Below the pieces are notes generated by a model. It was not told the origin of the DNA, did not search any database, and saw only the letters and a program-made list of their open reading frames with translations. Made by a program: the position numbers and the translations under genes. A stretch of 64,000 nt of DNA from an uncultured Ectothiorhodospiraceae bacterium. Lineage in GTDB: Bacteria > Pseudomonadota > Gammaproteobacteria > JAABTG01. Shown piece after piece: positions 18,822 to 27,063 of the stretch (the first letter of the stretch is position 1; the number at the start of each line of letters is the position of its first letter). The stretch lies in NCBI GenBank assembly GCA_937867305.1, contig CALMKJ010000025.1:12196-76195 (forward strand). The letters are read 5' to 3'.

Positions 18822-19517
18822 TCAGGGAACTGACGGAGGGGCGTCAGGGCGTGGCCCCTGCCGGCGGCGAAGCAACCCGAGGCTGCCCAGGGCGAAGGCC
18901 AGGAGCGCCATGCTCTGGGGAAGAGGGACCGAGGGTGGGGTGCCGCTGTGCCGGCCGAGGTCGCTGAAGGTGTCGACGGCGTAGGAGATCCAGCCGAGAC
19001 CCACGTCGAAGGTCTCGGTCGGGAATCGGTCGCCGGTGAGGATTCCGGCCAGCCGACGCAGGGTCTGGTCCTTGGTGCTGGCGGTACCCGACACCCATGC
19101 GTCTCCCGGGTCCACTCCGACCTGCCCGATGCGGTCGACGGCGACGCCGTCCTGCCACAGGACGATCGCGTCGTCCCCGTTGAAGTTCAGGACTCCGCTG
19201 GTCATCTGCGCGTAGGCGAGGAGGGTCGGAGCCGCGGAGGGGTGCGTGATGACCAGCGTGCTGCTGCCCTCGACCGAGTGGCCCGCGAGGCTCAGGGTCC
19301 CCGACGGGGTCGCGCTGCCGTTGGTGAAGACCTTGACCTCGAATCCCGTGAGGTCGACGGGGAACGCGCCGGCGTTGAAGACCTCGAGTGCCTTGTTGCT
19401 CCCGCTGCCCTCGACGTATTCGGAAAAGAAGACGGCTCCGGTCGCGGCAGAAGGACCGGCGGCCAACGCGGCGGCGAGCGCGGCGCCGCCGAGCCGGTGA
19501 ACGAGTCTCGTGTGCAT
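18822..19517 (-). CDS. Lamin-tail-domain (LTD) protein with PEP-CTERM sorting signal
   Basis: Signal peptide MHTRLVHRLGGAALAAALAAGPSAA. LTD signature FFSEYVEGSGSNKALEVFNAG...DLTGFEV. C-terminal VPLP-hydrophobic helix-RRRQ is a PEP-CTERM anchor. Confidence 0.7.
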   Translation of the reverse strand: MHTRLVHRLGGAALAAALAAGPSAATGAVFFSEYVEGSGSNKALEVFNAGAFPVDLTGFEVKVFTNGSATPSGTLSLAGHSVEGSSTLVITHPSAAPTLLAYAQMTSGVLNFNGDDAIVLWQDGVAVDRIGQVGVDPGDAWVSGTASTKDQTLRRLAGILTGDRFPTETFDVGLGWISYAVDTFSDLGRHSGTPPSVPLPQSMALLAFALGSLGLLRRRQGPRPDAPPSVP

Positions 19518-19780
19518 GAAAACGGCCTCCCAGGGTGCGGTGTGGGAGGTGCCCGGGCCGTGGAGGGAGGGGGAAGCGCGGGCCGCCGACCTCTTCGGCC
19601 GACGGCCCGCAGTGGTGCTGTCGCCGCCAACCCTGGCCCGTCGCACCCCGGACCCGTTCCATCGGGTCCGGCGAAAAGTCTACGCCGGTCCGGTGGCTGC
19701 GGTGGATGGAGATTCCGCGACCGTGGCGTAGGAAGAATTTGACCGTTGCTCGGCCAATGGTCCGGGGGCTGCTTGCGCCC

Positions 19781-20791
19781 TCAGCAGATGCGGGGCAGCG
19801 GGTCGTCCTCGAGCTCGTCGAGCAGCCGCTCGCCGCCGAGCTCCGTCTCGAGGACGAGATGGGGCCTGGCCCCCGTTACGGTGCCAATCCTGCGCGCATC
19901 CCGGCCCTGGGGCAGCGCCTTCCAGGCCGAGAGGGCGTCAGCGGCGGCCTCCGGGGCGACGACGGCGACGACCCGCCCCTCGCAGGCGAGGTAATAGGGG
20001 TCGTAGCCGAGCATCTCGCAGACCGAGCGCACGGGGTCGCGCACCGGGATCTCGGGCTCGCGGACGCGTACCCCGCGGCCGGTTGCCTGGCAGATTTCGT
20101 GCAACACGGTGGCGAGCCCGCCGCGGGTCGGGTCGCGCATGAAACGCAGGCCGTCCAGGGGGAGGAGGGCCTGGGTCAGCGGCAGCACGCTCGCCGCGTC
20201 CGACTGCAGGTCCCCCCGCAGGCCGAACTGCTCCCGGGCGAGCATCACGGCGATGCCGTGGTCCCCGACCGGACCGCTGACCAGGATCGTGTCGCCCTCG
20301 CGGATGCGGTGCAGCCCCAGCTCCACGTGGCGCGGGCGCAGGCCGACGCCGGTCGTGGCCAGGTAGATCCCGCCGCCCTCGCCGCGGCGCACCACCTTGG
20401 TGTCGCCGGCGGCCACCCGCACGCCCACCTCGCGCGCGGCGCGGGCCAGACTCGCCACGACGCGTTCCAGCAGGGCGATCTCGGTCCCTTCCTCGATGAA
20501 CGCGTTCAGGCTGAGATACAGCGGGGTCGCGCCGGAAACGGCCAGGTCGTTGGTGGTGCCGTGCACCGCGAGCATGCCGATGTCGCCGCCCGGGAATTCG
20601 ATGGGCTGAACCGTGAAGCCGTCGGTGGTGAACATCAGCTGCCCGTCCCCCCGCGGCACGTCGATCGGCACCGCGTCGGCGTGCACGTCCAGATCGGGGT
20701 TGGCCAGGTGGCGGGCGAAGACCTCTTCGATCAACTCCCGCATGAATCGCCCACCGTTTCCGTGGGCCAGCGCGATGTGGGTGTCCTGCAT
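19781..20791 (-). CDS. hypE: Hydrogenase maturation factor HypE
   Basis: AIR-synthase-like with HypE N-terminus MQDTHIALAHGNGG and C-terminal ...PRIC. Confidence 0.9.
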   Translation of the reverse strand: MQDTHIALAHGNGGRFMRELIEEVFARHLANPDLDVHADAVPIDVPRGDGQLMFTTDGFTVQPIEFPGGDIGMLAVHGTTNDLAVSGATPLYLSLNAFIEEGTEIALLERVVASLARAAREVGVRVAAGDTKVVRRGEGGGIYLATTGVGLRPRHVELGLHRIREGDTILVSGPVGDHGIAVMLAREQFGLRGDLQSDAASVLPLTQALLPLDGLRFMRDPTRGGLATVLHEICQATGRGVRVREPEIPVRDPVRSVCEMLGYDPYYLACEGRVVAVVAPEAAADALSAWKALPQGRDARRIGTVTGARPHLVLETELGGERLLDELEDDPLPRIC

Positions 20792-20815
20792 GGTGGGAAC
20801 CTTATCACAAGGGGC

Positions 20816-23092
20816 TCAGGGCCGTGCCCTGGCGCCGTATTCGATGACCTGGCCGAAGCTGATGCCGCCGTCGTTCGGGGGGACCTCGCGGTTCAGGTGC
20901 ACGCGGAACCCCGCCTCGGTGAGGAAGAAGGCCGCCCGCTCCGTCAGCAGCCGGTTCTGGAAGACGCCGCCGCAAAGCCCCACGTCCGCCACCCCCGTCT
21001 CCTCGCGCACCGCGCGGGCGACGGCCGCCGCGACCCGTGCCAGGCTGTCGTGGAGCCCGCCGGCCCGCTCTTCCACCGGCCGCGCGTCGTCCGTCAGCCA
21101 GTCGACGAGCGGCGCCCAGTCGGCGACCCACGTGTCCCCCTGCCGCACGAGGGGCAGCTCCGGGCCCCGGGCCTCGGGGTCCGCGATTGCCTCGAGCCCC
21201 ATGGGCCCCTGTCCCTCGTAGCTGGCCGTCAGGACGCGCCCGGTCAGGGCAGCGGCGGCGTCGAAGAGCCGGCCGACCGCCGAGGTCTCGGGGGCGTTGA
21301 GGCCCCGGGCCCAGGCGTCCCGTACGAGGTCGGCCCCGGCCGGGGCGCGTGGCCAGTCCCGGCCCGAGGTCCAGCAGAGGCTCGCGGCGCTGCGCCACGG
21401 CTCCCGCGCCGCCCGCTCGCCCCCCGGAAGCCGGAACCGGCGGAAGGTGGCGACGCGGCGCCAGGCGCCAGGGTGGCCCAGGAAGGACTCGCCGCCCCAG
21501 AGGGTGCCGTCCTCGCCGAGACCGACGCCGTCCCAGGTGAAGACCAGGCAGGGGCGATCGACCCCGGCCTCGGCCACCAGGGCCGAGGCGTGGGCGTGGT
21601 GGTGGAGGACCGCGGCCGACGGCAGTCCCTGGCGAGAGGCCCAGCGGGTCGTGGCGTACCCCGGGTGGGCGTCGTGGACGAGGACCTCGGCGCGAACCCC
21701 GTAGAGCTCCTGCAGATCGCCCGTCAACTGCTCGAGGACGGAGAGGCTGCGGGGTGTCCCCATGTCGCCGATGTGGGGTGACACCACGACGCGGTCCTCC
21801 CACGCCAGCGCCACCGTGTTCTTCATGTGGGCGCCGAGCGCCAGCAAAGGGCGCGCCAGACGAAGGGGGAGGTGGAGCTCGAGCGGGGCGGACCCGCGGC
21901 CGATGCGCAGCGGGCGCGGCGCCCCGGCGGCCGAGCGGAACACCGGGTCGTCGGCAGGGCGCAGGATGGGCCGGTCGTGGTGCAGGAAGGCGTCCGCGAC
22001 CCTGGCGAGTCGCTCTTCCACCTCCTGACCCCGGGTGAGCACGGGCTCCCCGCTCAGGTTGGCCGAGGTGGCCACGAGGGGTCCGCCGAAGTCCCGCAGG
22101 AGGAGGTGGTGCAGCGGGCTGTAGGGGAGCATGACCCCGACCTCCGCGAGCCCCGGCGCGATCCCGGAGGACAGGGTGTCCCGGGCCCTGCGCCGGGCGA
22201 GGACGATGGGTCTCAGCGGACCGCGCAGGAGCTCGGTCTCCTGCGCCGTCAGCTCGACCGCCTCCCGCACCGCCGCCAGCCCGTCCGCCCCCTCGAGCGG
22301 AAACATCACCGCGAGGGGCTTGTGCGGGCGGGGTTTGCGTGCCCGGAGCCGGGCCACGGGTGCGTCGAGGCGGGCATCGCACATCAGGTGATAGCCCCCG
22401 ATCCCCTTCACGGCGACGACCTGACCGGCGCGCAGGGCCTCGACGCAGGCCGAGAGGGCGGCGGCGGTGTCCGTCACGGAGGCCCCGTCGTGGGCGTGAT
22501 AGGTCAGCCGCGGCCCGCAGACGGGACAGGCGACCGGCTCGGCGTGAAAACGCCGGTCCATGGGGTCTGCATATTCCCGCGCACAATCGGGGCAGAGCGG
22601 GAAGCCGGCCATCGAGGTGTGCGGGCGGTCGTAGGGCAGGCGCGCGATCAGCGTGTAGCGCGGCCCGCACTGGGTGCAGTTGATGAAGGGGTAGCGGTAC
22701 CGGCGGTCTCCCGGGTCCTCCAGCTCCGCGAGGCAGGCGTCGCAGGTGAAGTAGTCCGGCGGCACGTGAATTCGCGTGTCCGCGGATTCCTCGCTCGGGA
22801 GGATGACGAAGGACTCCAGGGGGGCAGGGGACACGGGGATGCTCTCCCGTACCTCGGGCCGGGCGAGCGGTGGCGCCTGCCGGACCAGGTCGTGGCCGAA
22901 GGCCTCCAGATCGGGGCCGTTCCCCTGCGCCAGGACCTCCACCTGGCCGCGCTGGTTCTGGACCCAGCCGGTGAGGTGGTAGCGGTGGGCCAGACGATAG
23001 ACGAACGGTCGGAAACCGACCCCCTGAACGCGCCCCGCCAGGACCCAGCGCCGCGCCTCCAGGGGAGATGGGCTGGGGGCTCGCTTCTTCAA
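20816..23092 (-). CDS. hypF: Carbamoyltransferase HypF
   Basis: Acylphosphatase domain (GRVQGVGFRPFVYRLA), two CxxC-x18-CxxC zinc fingers, YrdC and Kae1-like domains. TTG at 23092 overlaps hypD stop (TTGA). The upstream ORF-track extension to 24019 is Gly/Arg-rich and rejected. Confidence 0.85.
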   Translation of the reverse strand: MKKRAPSPSPLEARRWVLAGRVQGVGFRPFVYRLAHRYHLTGWVQNQRGQVEVLAQGNGPDLEAFGHDLVRQAPPLARPEVRESIPVSPAPLESFVILPSEESADTRIHVPPDYFTCDACLAELEDPGDRRYRYPFINCTQCGPRYTLIARLPYDRPHTSMAGFPLCPDCAREYADPMDRRFHAEPVACPVCGPRLTYHAHDGASVTDTAAALSACVEALRAGQVVAVKGIGGYHLMCDARLDAPVARLRARKPRPHKPLAVMFPLEGADGLAAVREAVELTAQETELLRGPLRPIVLARRRARDTLSSGIAPGLAEVGVMLPYSPLHHLLLRDFGGPLVATSANLSGEPVLTRGQEVEERLARVADAFLHHDRPILRPADDPVFRSAAGAPRPLRIGRGSAPLELHLPLRLARPLLALGAHMKNTVALAWEDRVVVSPHIGDMGTPRSLSVLEQLTGDLQELYGVRAEVLVHDAHPGYATTRWASRQGLPSAAVLHHHAHASALVAEAGVDRPCLVFTWDGVGLGEDGTLWGGESFLGHPGAWRRVATFRRFRLPGGERAAREPWRSAASLCWTSGRDWPRAPAGADLVRDAWARGLNAPETSAVGRLFDAAAALTGRVLTASYEGQGPMGLEAIADPEARGPELPLVRQGDTWVADWAPLVDWLTDDARPVEERAGGLHDSLARVAAAVARAVREETGVADVGLCGGVFQNRLLTERAAFFLTEAGFRVHLNREVPPNDGGISFGQVIEYGARARP

Positions 23093-24189
23093 GCCGCGGG
23101 GTTGTCCCGGACTCCGCCGGACCACCAGATCCGGCACGCGCCCTCGTCCGACACCATGCAGGGTCCGACGGGGGTCCGTGGCGTGCACGCCTTGCCGTAC
23201 AGGCGGCACTCGTTGGGGTAGATGCGGCCCAGGACGACCTTCGCGCAGTCGCAGCCGGGGGGCATCTCGCCCGCGCGCTTCCGGCTCGCGTCGGCGTACG
23301 AGGGGAAGACCCGGCGGGCGTCGCGCGCGGCGAGCGCCGGGCGCAGCGCGTAGCCGGACGCGGGGATGACCCCGATCCCGCGCCAGGCCGCGTCGACCAC
23401 CTCCATCGCCTCGGCCAGGTGGCGGCGGGCGGTCGGGTTGCCCCCCGGGCGAACGACCTCGGGGTAGCAGTTGTCCAGGAACCGCCGCCCGTCCAGGAGC
23501 TGGCGCAGGGTCGAGTACATCGCCGCCAGCAGGCTGGCCGGGGTGAACCCCGCGATGGCCGCCGGCAGGCCGTGCCGGTCGACGACGAACTGCCACTCCT
23601 CCGGCCCCATGACCGTCGCGACGTGTCCCGGGGCGATGAGGCCGTCGAACCCTGGCGTCCCGGAGTCGAGGAGCATCGCGACGGCCGGCCACGTGAGCCG
23701 TCCCGACAGGAGCATCAGCAGGTTTTCGGGTGCGCCCTGCACCAGCAGGGAGGCCACTGGCGCCATGGTGGTCTCGAACCCGGCGGCGAAGAACACCACC
23801 CGCCGGCCGGGGTTGGACGATGCGATGGCCGCGGCCTCCTGGGGCGAGGCGATGGGCCGGATGTCGGCGCCCGCCGCCTTGGCCTGCTCCAGCGAGCGGG
23901 CCTCGCCCCGGGGCACGTTGACCGGAACGCGCAGCATGTCGCCGAACGCCACCAGCGTGACGTCCTCGTGGAGCGCGACCTGAATGGCCTCGTAGACGTC
24001 CTCTTCGGGGCAGATGCACACCGGACAGCCGGGGCCGGGGATCAATTCGACGTCCCGCGGGAGCGCGGCGCGCAGCCCGGCCATGGTGATCGACCGCTCG
24101 TGGCCGCCGCAGACGTTCATGAGCCGCACGCGCCGGCGCAGCGGCAGGGCACGGATCCGCTCGAGCCAGAGCCGGGCCTCCTCGGCCAC
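23089..24189 (-). CDS. hypD: Hydrogenase maturation factor HypD
   Basis: VCGGHE...PGPGCPVC and downstream CGxH motifs of HypD. GTG start at 24189. Confidence 0.9.
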   Translation of the reverse strand: MAEEARLWLERIRALPLRRRVRLMNVCGGHERSITMAGLRAALPRDVELIPGPGCPVCICPEEDVYEAIQVALHEDVTLVAFGDMLRVPVNVPRGEARSLEQAKAAGADIRPIASPQEAAAIASSNPGRRVVFFAAGFETTMAPVASLLVQGAPENLLMLLSGRLTWPAVAMLLDSGTPGFDGLIAPGHVATVMGPEEWQFVVDRHGLPAAIAGFTPASLLAAMYSTLRQLLDGRRFLDNCYPEVVRPGGNPTARRHLAEAMEVVDAAWRGIGVIPASGYALRPALAARDARRVFPSYADASRKRAGEMPPGCDCAKVVLGRIYPNECRLYGKACTPRTPVGPCMVSDEGACRIWWSGGVRDNPAA

Positions 24190-24194
24190 CGGGC

Positions 24195-25067
24195 CTAACC
24201 TCCGGGCCGGGGGGGCGGCGCCAGGCGCCCCGCGTGCCCGTGCCCCTGTTCGTGCGCCTGGTGCAGGTGTTCCCCGTCGGGTTGGATGGCGGGCCGCCGG
24301 GTCTCGCCGCGGGCGACCCGCTCCCGGTGCGCGGTGACCTCGGAGCGCAGCCAGCCGATCCAGCGGTCCATCCCCGGTCCCTTGCGGGCGGAGAGGGAGA
24401 CGACGGGGGCCTCGCTCGCCAGCGCGCGAACGTGGCGCTCGGCGCGCTCGGGGGAGAAGTCGTCCAACACCGCGAGGAGATCGGTCTTGGTGAGCAGCAC
24501 CAGGTCGGCTGCCCGGAACATCACGGGGTACTTCGCGGGCTTGTCGTCGCCCTCGGTCACCGAGAGGAGGATGACGTTGCGGTGCTGGCCCAGATCGAAG
24601 CTCGCCGGGCAGACGAGGTTGCCCACGTTCTCGATGAACAGGATGTCGAGACCGGGCAGATCGACCTGGTGCAGCGCGTCGTGGACCATGTGGGCGTCCA
24701 GGTGGCAGGCGCTCCCGGTGCAGATCTGGACCGCCGGCACGCCGCGGGCCCGGATCCGCTCGGCGTCGTTCTCGGTCTCCAGGTCCCCCTCGACCACCGC
24801 GATGCGCATCTCGCCGCTCAGGGCCGAAATGGTGGCCTCCAGGAGCGCGGTCTTGCCGGCCCCCGGCGAGGACATCAGGTTCACCGCGAGCACGCCGTGG
24901 CTGTCGAAGTGGGCGCGGTTGTGGGCCGCCAGGCGATCGTTCTCGGACAGCAGTCCCTGCAGCACGTGCACCGCGACGCGCCCGTCCGGCGCCCGGTAGA
25001 GCTTGCCCTCGGGCTCGAGCAGGTGCCGGTTGCCCGGCGTCACGTTGCAGCCACAGGTGTCACACAT
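24195..25067 (-). CDS. hypB: Hydrogenase nickel-incorporation GTPase HypB
   Basis: N-terminal MCDTCGC metal site and G-domain (SSPGAGKTALL, ENVGNLVCP, TKTDL). No N-terminal His-stretch; weakly His-bearing C-terminal tail. Confidence 0.85.
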   Translation of the reverse strand: MCDTCGCNVTPGNRHLLEPEGKLYRAPDGRVAVHVLQGLLSENDRLAAHNRAHFDSHGVLAVNLMSSPGAGKTALLEATISALSGEMRIAVVEGDLETENDAERIRARGVPAVQICTGSACHLDAHMVHDALHQVDLPGLDILFIENVGNLVCPASFDLGQHRNVILLSVTEGDDKPAKYPVMFRAADLVLLTKTDLLAVLDDFSPERAERHVRALASEAPVVSLSARKGPGMDRWIGWLRSEVTAHRERVARGETRRPAIQPDGEHLHQAHEQGHGHAGRLAPPPRPGG

Positions 25068-25101
25068 CGCGAGCTGTCCTCGGGGGTGGGTGAGAGACGG
25101 A

Positions 25102-25464
25102 CTACGCGGGGGCGGCGGACGCGGTGATCAGCTCCACGCGCGCCAGCAGCATCTCGTCCCCGCTCCGCACCTCGGTTCGGTAATCGCCGCAGGCCGGGCA
25201 GACCAGGCGGTTGGGCGGGACCTCCGCCTCGTGGCCACAGGTCCGGCAGCGCACGGTGACCGGGGACCCCTCCACGTCGAGCCGCGCGCCCTCGGCGACG
25301 GTGCCGGCCGCAGCCATGGGGAAGGCCGTCGTCAGGAGGGCGGGCTCGACCCCCGAGAGGGGCCCGACCCGCAGCAGGATGCGCTCCACACCTGTGGCGC
25401 GGTGCTCGCGCGCGATGTCGACCACCTGCTCGATCAGGGCCTGACAGACCGAGAGCTCATGCAT
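25102..25464 (-). CDS. hypA: Hydrogenase nickel metallochaperone HypA
   Basis: MHELS N-terminus plus CxxC...CxxC zinc site (CRTCGHEA...CPACGD). Confidence 0.85.
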   Translation of the reverse strand: MHELSVCQALIEQVVDIAREHRATGVERILLRVGPLSGVEPALLTTAFPMAAAGTVAEGARLDVEGSPVTVRCRTCGHEAEVPPNRLVCPACGDYRTEVRSGDEMLLARVELITASAAPA

Positions 25465-25687
25465 CCGCGGCGGCCAGCATCAGGTCGTACATCTCCCAGG
25501 CCGACCGCGCCTCCTCCTCGGTCATCTTCTGCAGCGCGTAGCCCACGTGGACCATGACGTGGTCGCCCGGCTCGACGGGCTCGTCCTGGAGCATGAAAAG
25601 GCTGACCTCGCGCTCGATGCCCTTGGCCTCGCAGCGAGCGTTGAAGCCGTCCACCTCGAGAACCTTCATGGGGATGCCCAGGCACAT
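25457..25687 (-). CDS. hypC: Hydrogenase assembly chaperone HypC/HupF
   Basis: MCLGIPMKV N-terminus with the essential Cys2; 76 aa. Confidence 0.85.
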   Translation of the reverse strand: MCLGIPMKVLEVDGFNARCEAKGIEREVSLFMLQDEPVEPGDHVMVHVGYALQKMTEEEARSAWEMYDLMLAAADA

Positions 25688-26026
25688 CGCGACCTCCGGT
25701 GGCCGTCACGGCGGTGAGAGTCTCTTTCCGGCGCTTCTTAACAAGGATTAATTCACTTGTGAAGCGGCTGGCGGCAATATTAGCACCTGCTGTTACGTCG
25801 GCCAAAATATCCCTTGGGCGGTTCCCAGCGGGCGGCGGAGACTCCGGTCTCTGCGCCGGGAGGGAGCGGGTGGGGAGTCTTGGGCGGAAGGGTGGCCGGC
25901 CCGGGGTGGCGGACGGCGCCGGGCGGGCGGGTCGGCGGGTCCATGCAGGGGTCAGGAGGTGAGGTGACGGAGGACGGGAGTCGCACAGGTCGTACGGTGG
26001 AGGGTGCTGGAACGCCAGCGCCGGGA

Positions 26027-26509
26027 ATGCGCACGCTGGTGCTCGGGGTGGGCAACCGGCTTCTGACCGACGAGGGCACCGGGGTGCACGTGGTAGAGTT
26101 CCTGGCGCGGGAGCACCCGGGTCACGAGGACATCACCTACCTCGACGGCGGTACCCTCAGCTTCACCCTGGCAGGCCCCATCGAGGACCACGATGCGCTG
26201 GTCGTGGTGGATGCCGCGCAGCTGATGGCGGCGCCCGGCACCATTCAGGTGTTCGTCGGCGAGGACATGGACCGGTTCCTCGGCCGAGCGAAGCTCAGCG
26301 TGCACGAGGTAAGCCTGGTGGACCTGATGGACATCGCGCGGCTGACCGACCACCTGCCGGCCCGTCGTGCGCTGGTCGGGGTCCAGCCTGCGGCGATGGG
26401 GTGGGGGAACGACCCGACGCCGGTCGTGGCGAAGGCGGTCCCCGAGGCAGCGGCCCGGGTTCTCGAAATCATCCGGGGCTGGCAGGCCGAGGCAAGGCCC
26501 TCTCTTTGA
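26027..26509 (+). CDS. hupD: Hydrogenase maturation endopeptidase (HupD/HynD/HyaD family)
   Basis: MRTLVLGVGNRLLTDEGTGVHVVEFL... and ...HEVSLVDL motifs of the large-subunit C-terminal protease. The in-frame upstream Gly-rich extension is rejected. Confidence 0.8.
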   Translation: MRTLVLGVGNRLLTDEGTGVHVVEFLAREHPGHEDITYLDGGTLSFTLAGPIEDHDALVVVDAAQLMAAPGTIQVFVGEDMDRFLGRAKLSVHEVSLVDLMDIARLTDHLPARRALVGVQPAAMGWGNDPTPVVAKAVPEAAARVLEIIRGWQAEARPSL

Positions 26510-26575
26510 TCTGGGTCATGCTATGACCCGTGGGGGACGTCTATAAATGCGTATCTGTCTTAAGGCTAATATACC

Positions 26576-27028
26576 GTGAGTAGTCTCGACGCCATCGGCG
26601 TCCGGGTCGAAGGGCCGGACTTGAAGGCCCTTGCCCGGCGGAACGCCGAGCCGATCCTGCACGAAATCCGCCATGCGCTGGCGAGGCTCCTCGAATCCGG
26701 AGAGGAGACCGTCATCGACCTCCGTGGCCTGCCGCTGAGCGACTTCGACCAGGACTTCCTGGTCGGCGAGCTCGGTGTGGGCGAATTGGAGTGCCGGCTG
26801 GACGCGCTCGGCAAGAGCGTGATTCAGGAGACGGCTTACCATGGGGTCTGGCTGGTGACCCACTTCAACGCCGGTGAGCAGATCATCGGGCGGTTCGTCG
26901 AGGTCACCTTCGTCCCCGCCATTCTGAAGTCCGACCCGATCGACATCCGGTCCGACCTGGATCGGTTGACGGAACGCCTTGCGGCAGGCCTGGAAGAGGG
27001 GTCTGCCGGAGAGGTAGACAGCCAGTGA
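26576..27028 (+). CDS. HupH/HyaF C-terminal-domain family hydrogenase accessory protein
   Basis: 150-aa ORF (GTG start); ILHEIRHALARLLESGEETVIDLRGLPLSDFDQDFLVGELGVGELE...ETAYHGVWLV resembles the HupH_C family. Start codon uncertain. Confidence 0.5.
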   Translation: MSSLDAIGVRVEGPDLKALARRNAEPILHEIRHALARLLESGEETVIDLRGLPLSDFDQDFLVGELGVGELECRLDALGKSVIQETAYHGVWLVTHFNAGEQIIGRFVEVTFVPAILKSDPIDIRSDLDRLTERLAAGLEEGSAGEVDSQ

Positions 27029-27063
27029 CACGACTGGCGCGCGACAGCTAGGAGAACGCGTAG

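Noticed and set aside
20816-24019. 1067-aa ORF suggested as a single gene spanning hypF and beyond
   Set aside because: The N-terminal 300 aa are low-complexity and overlap hypD in another frame. The true HypF begins near 23092 (TTG) at the acylphosphatase domain.
25771-25800. Sigma-54-type promoter (TAGCAC-N5-GTTAC) in the hyp/hup intergenic region
   Set aside because: It lacks the GG at -24 and the TTGC at -12, so the match to TGGCAC-N5-TTGCA is too weak.
25814-26026. Upstream in-frame extension of hupD (MGGSQRAAETPVSAPGGSGWGVLGG...)
   Set aside because: It is Gly-rich with no similarity. Hydrogenase proteases start at the MRTLVLGVGN-type motif. The region is better explained as a G-rich leader.
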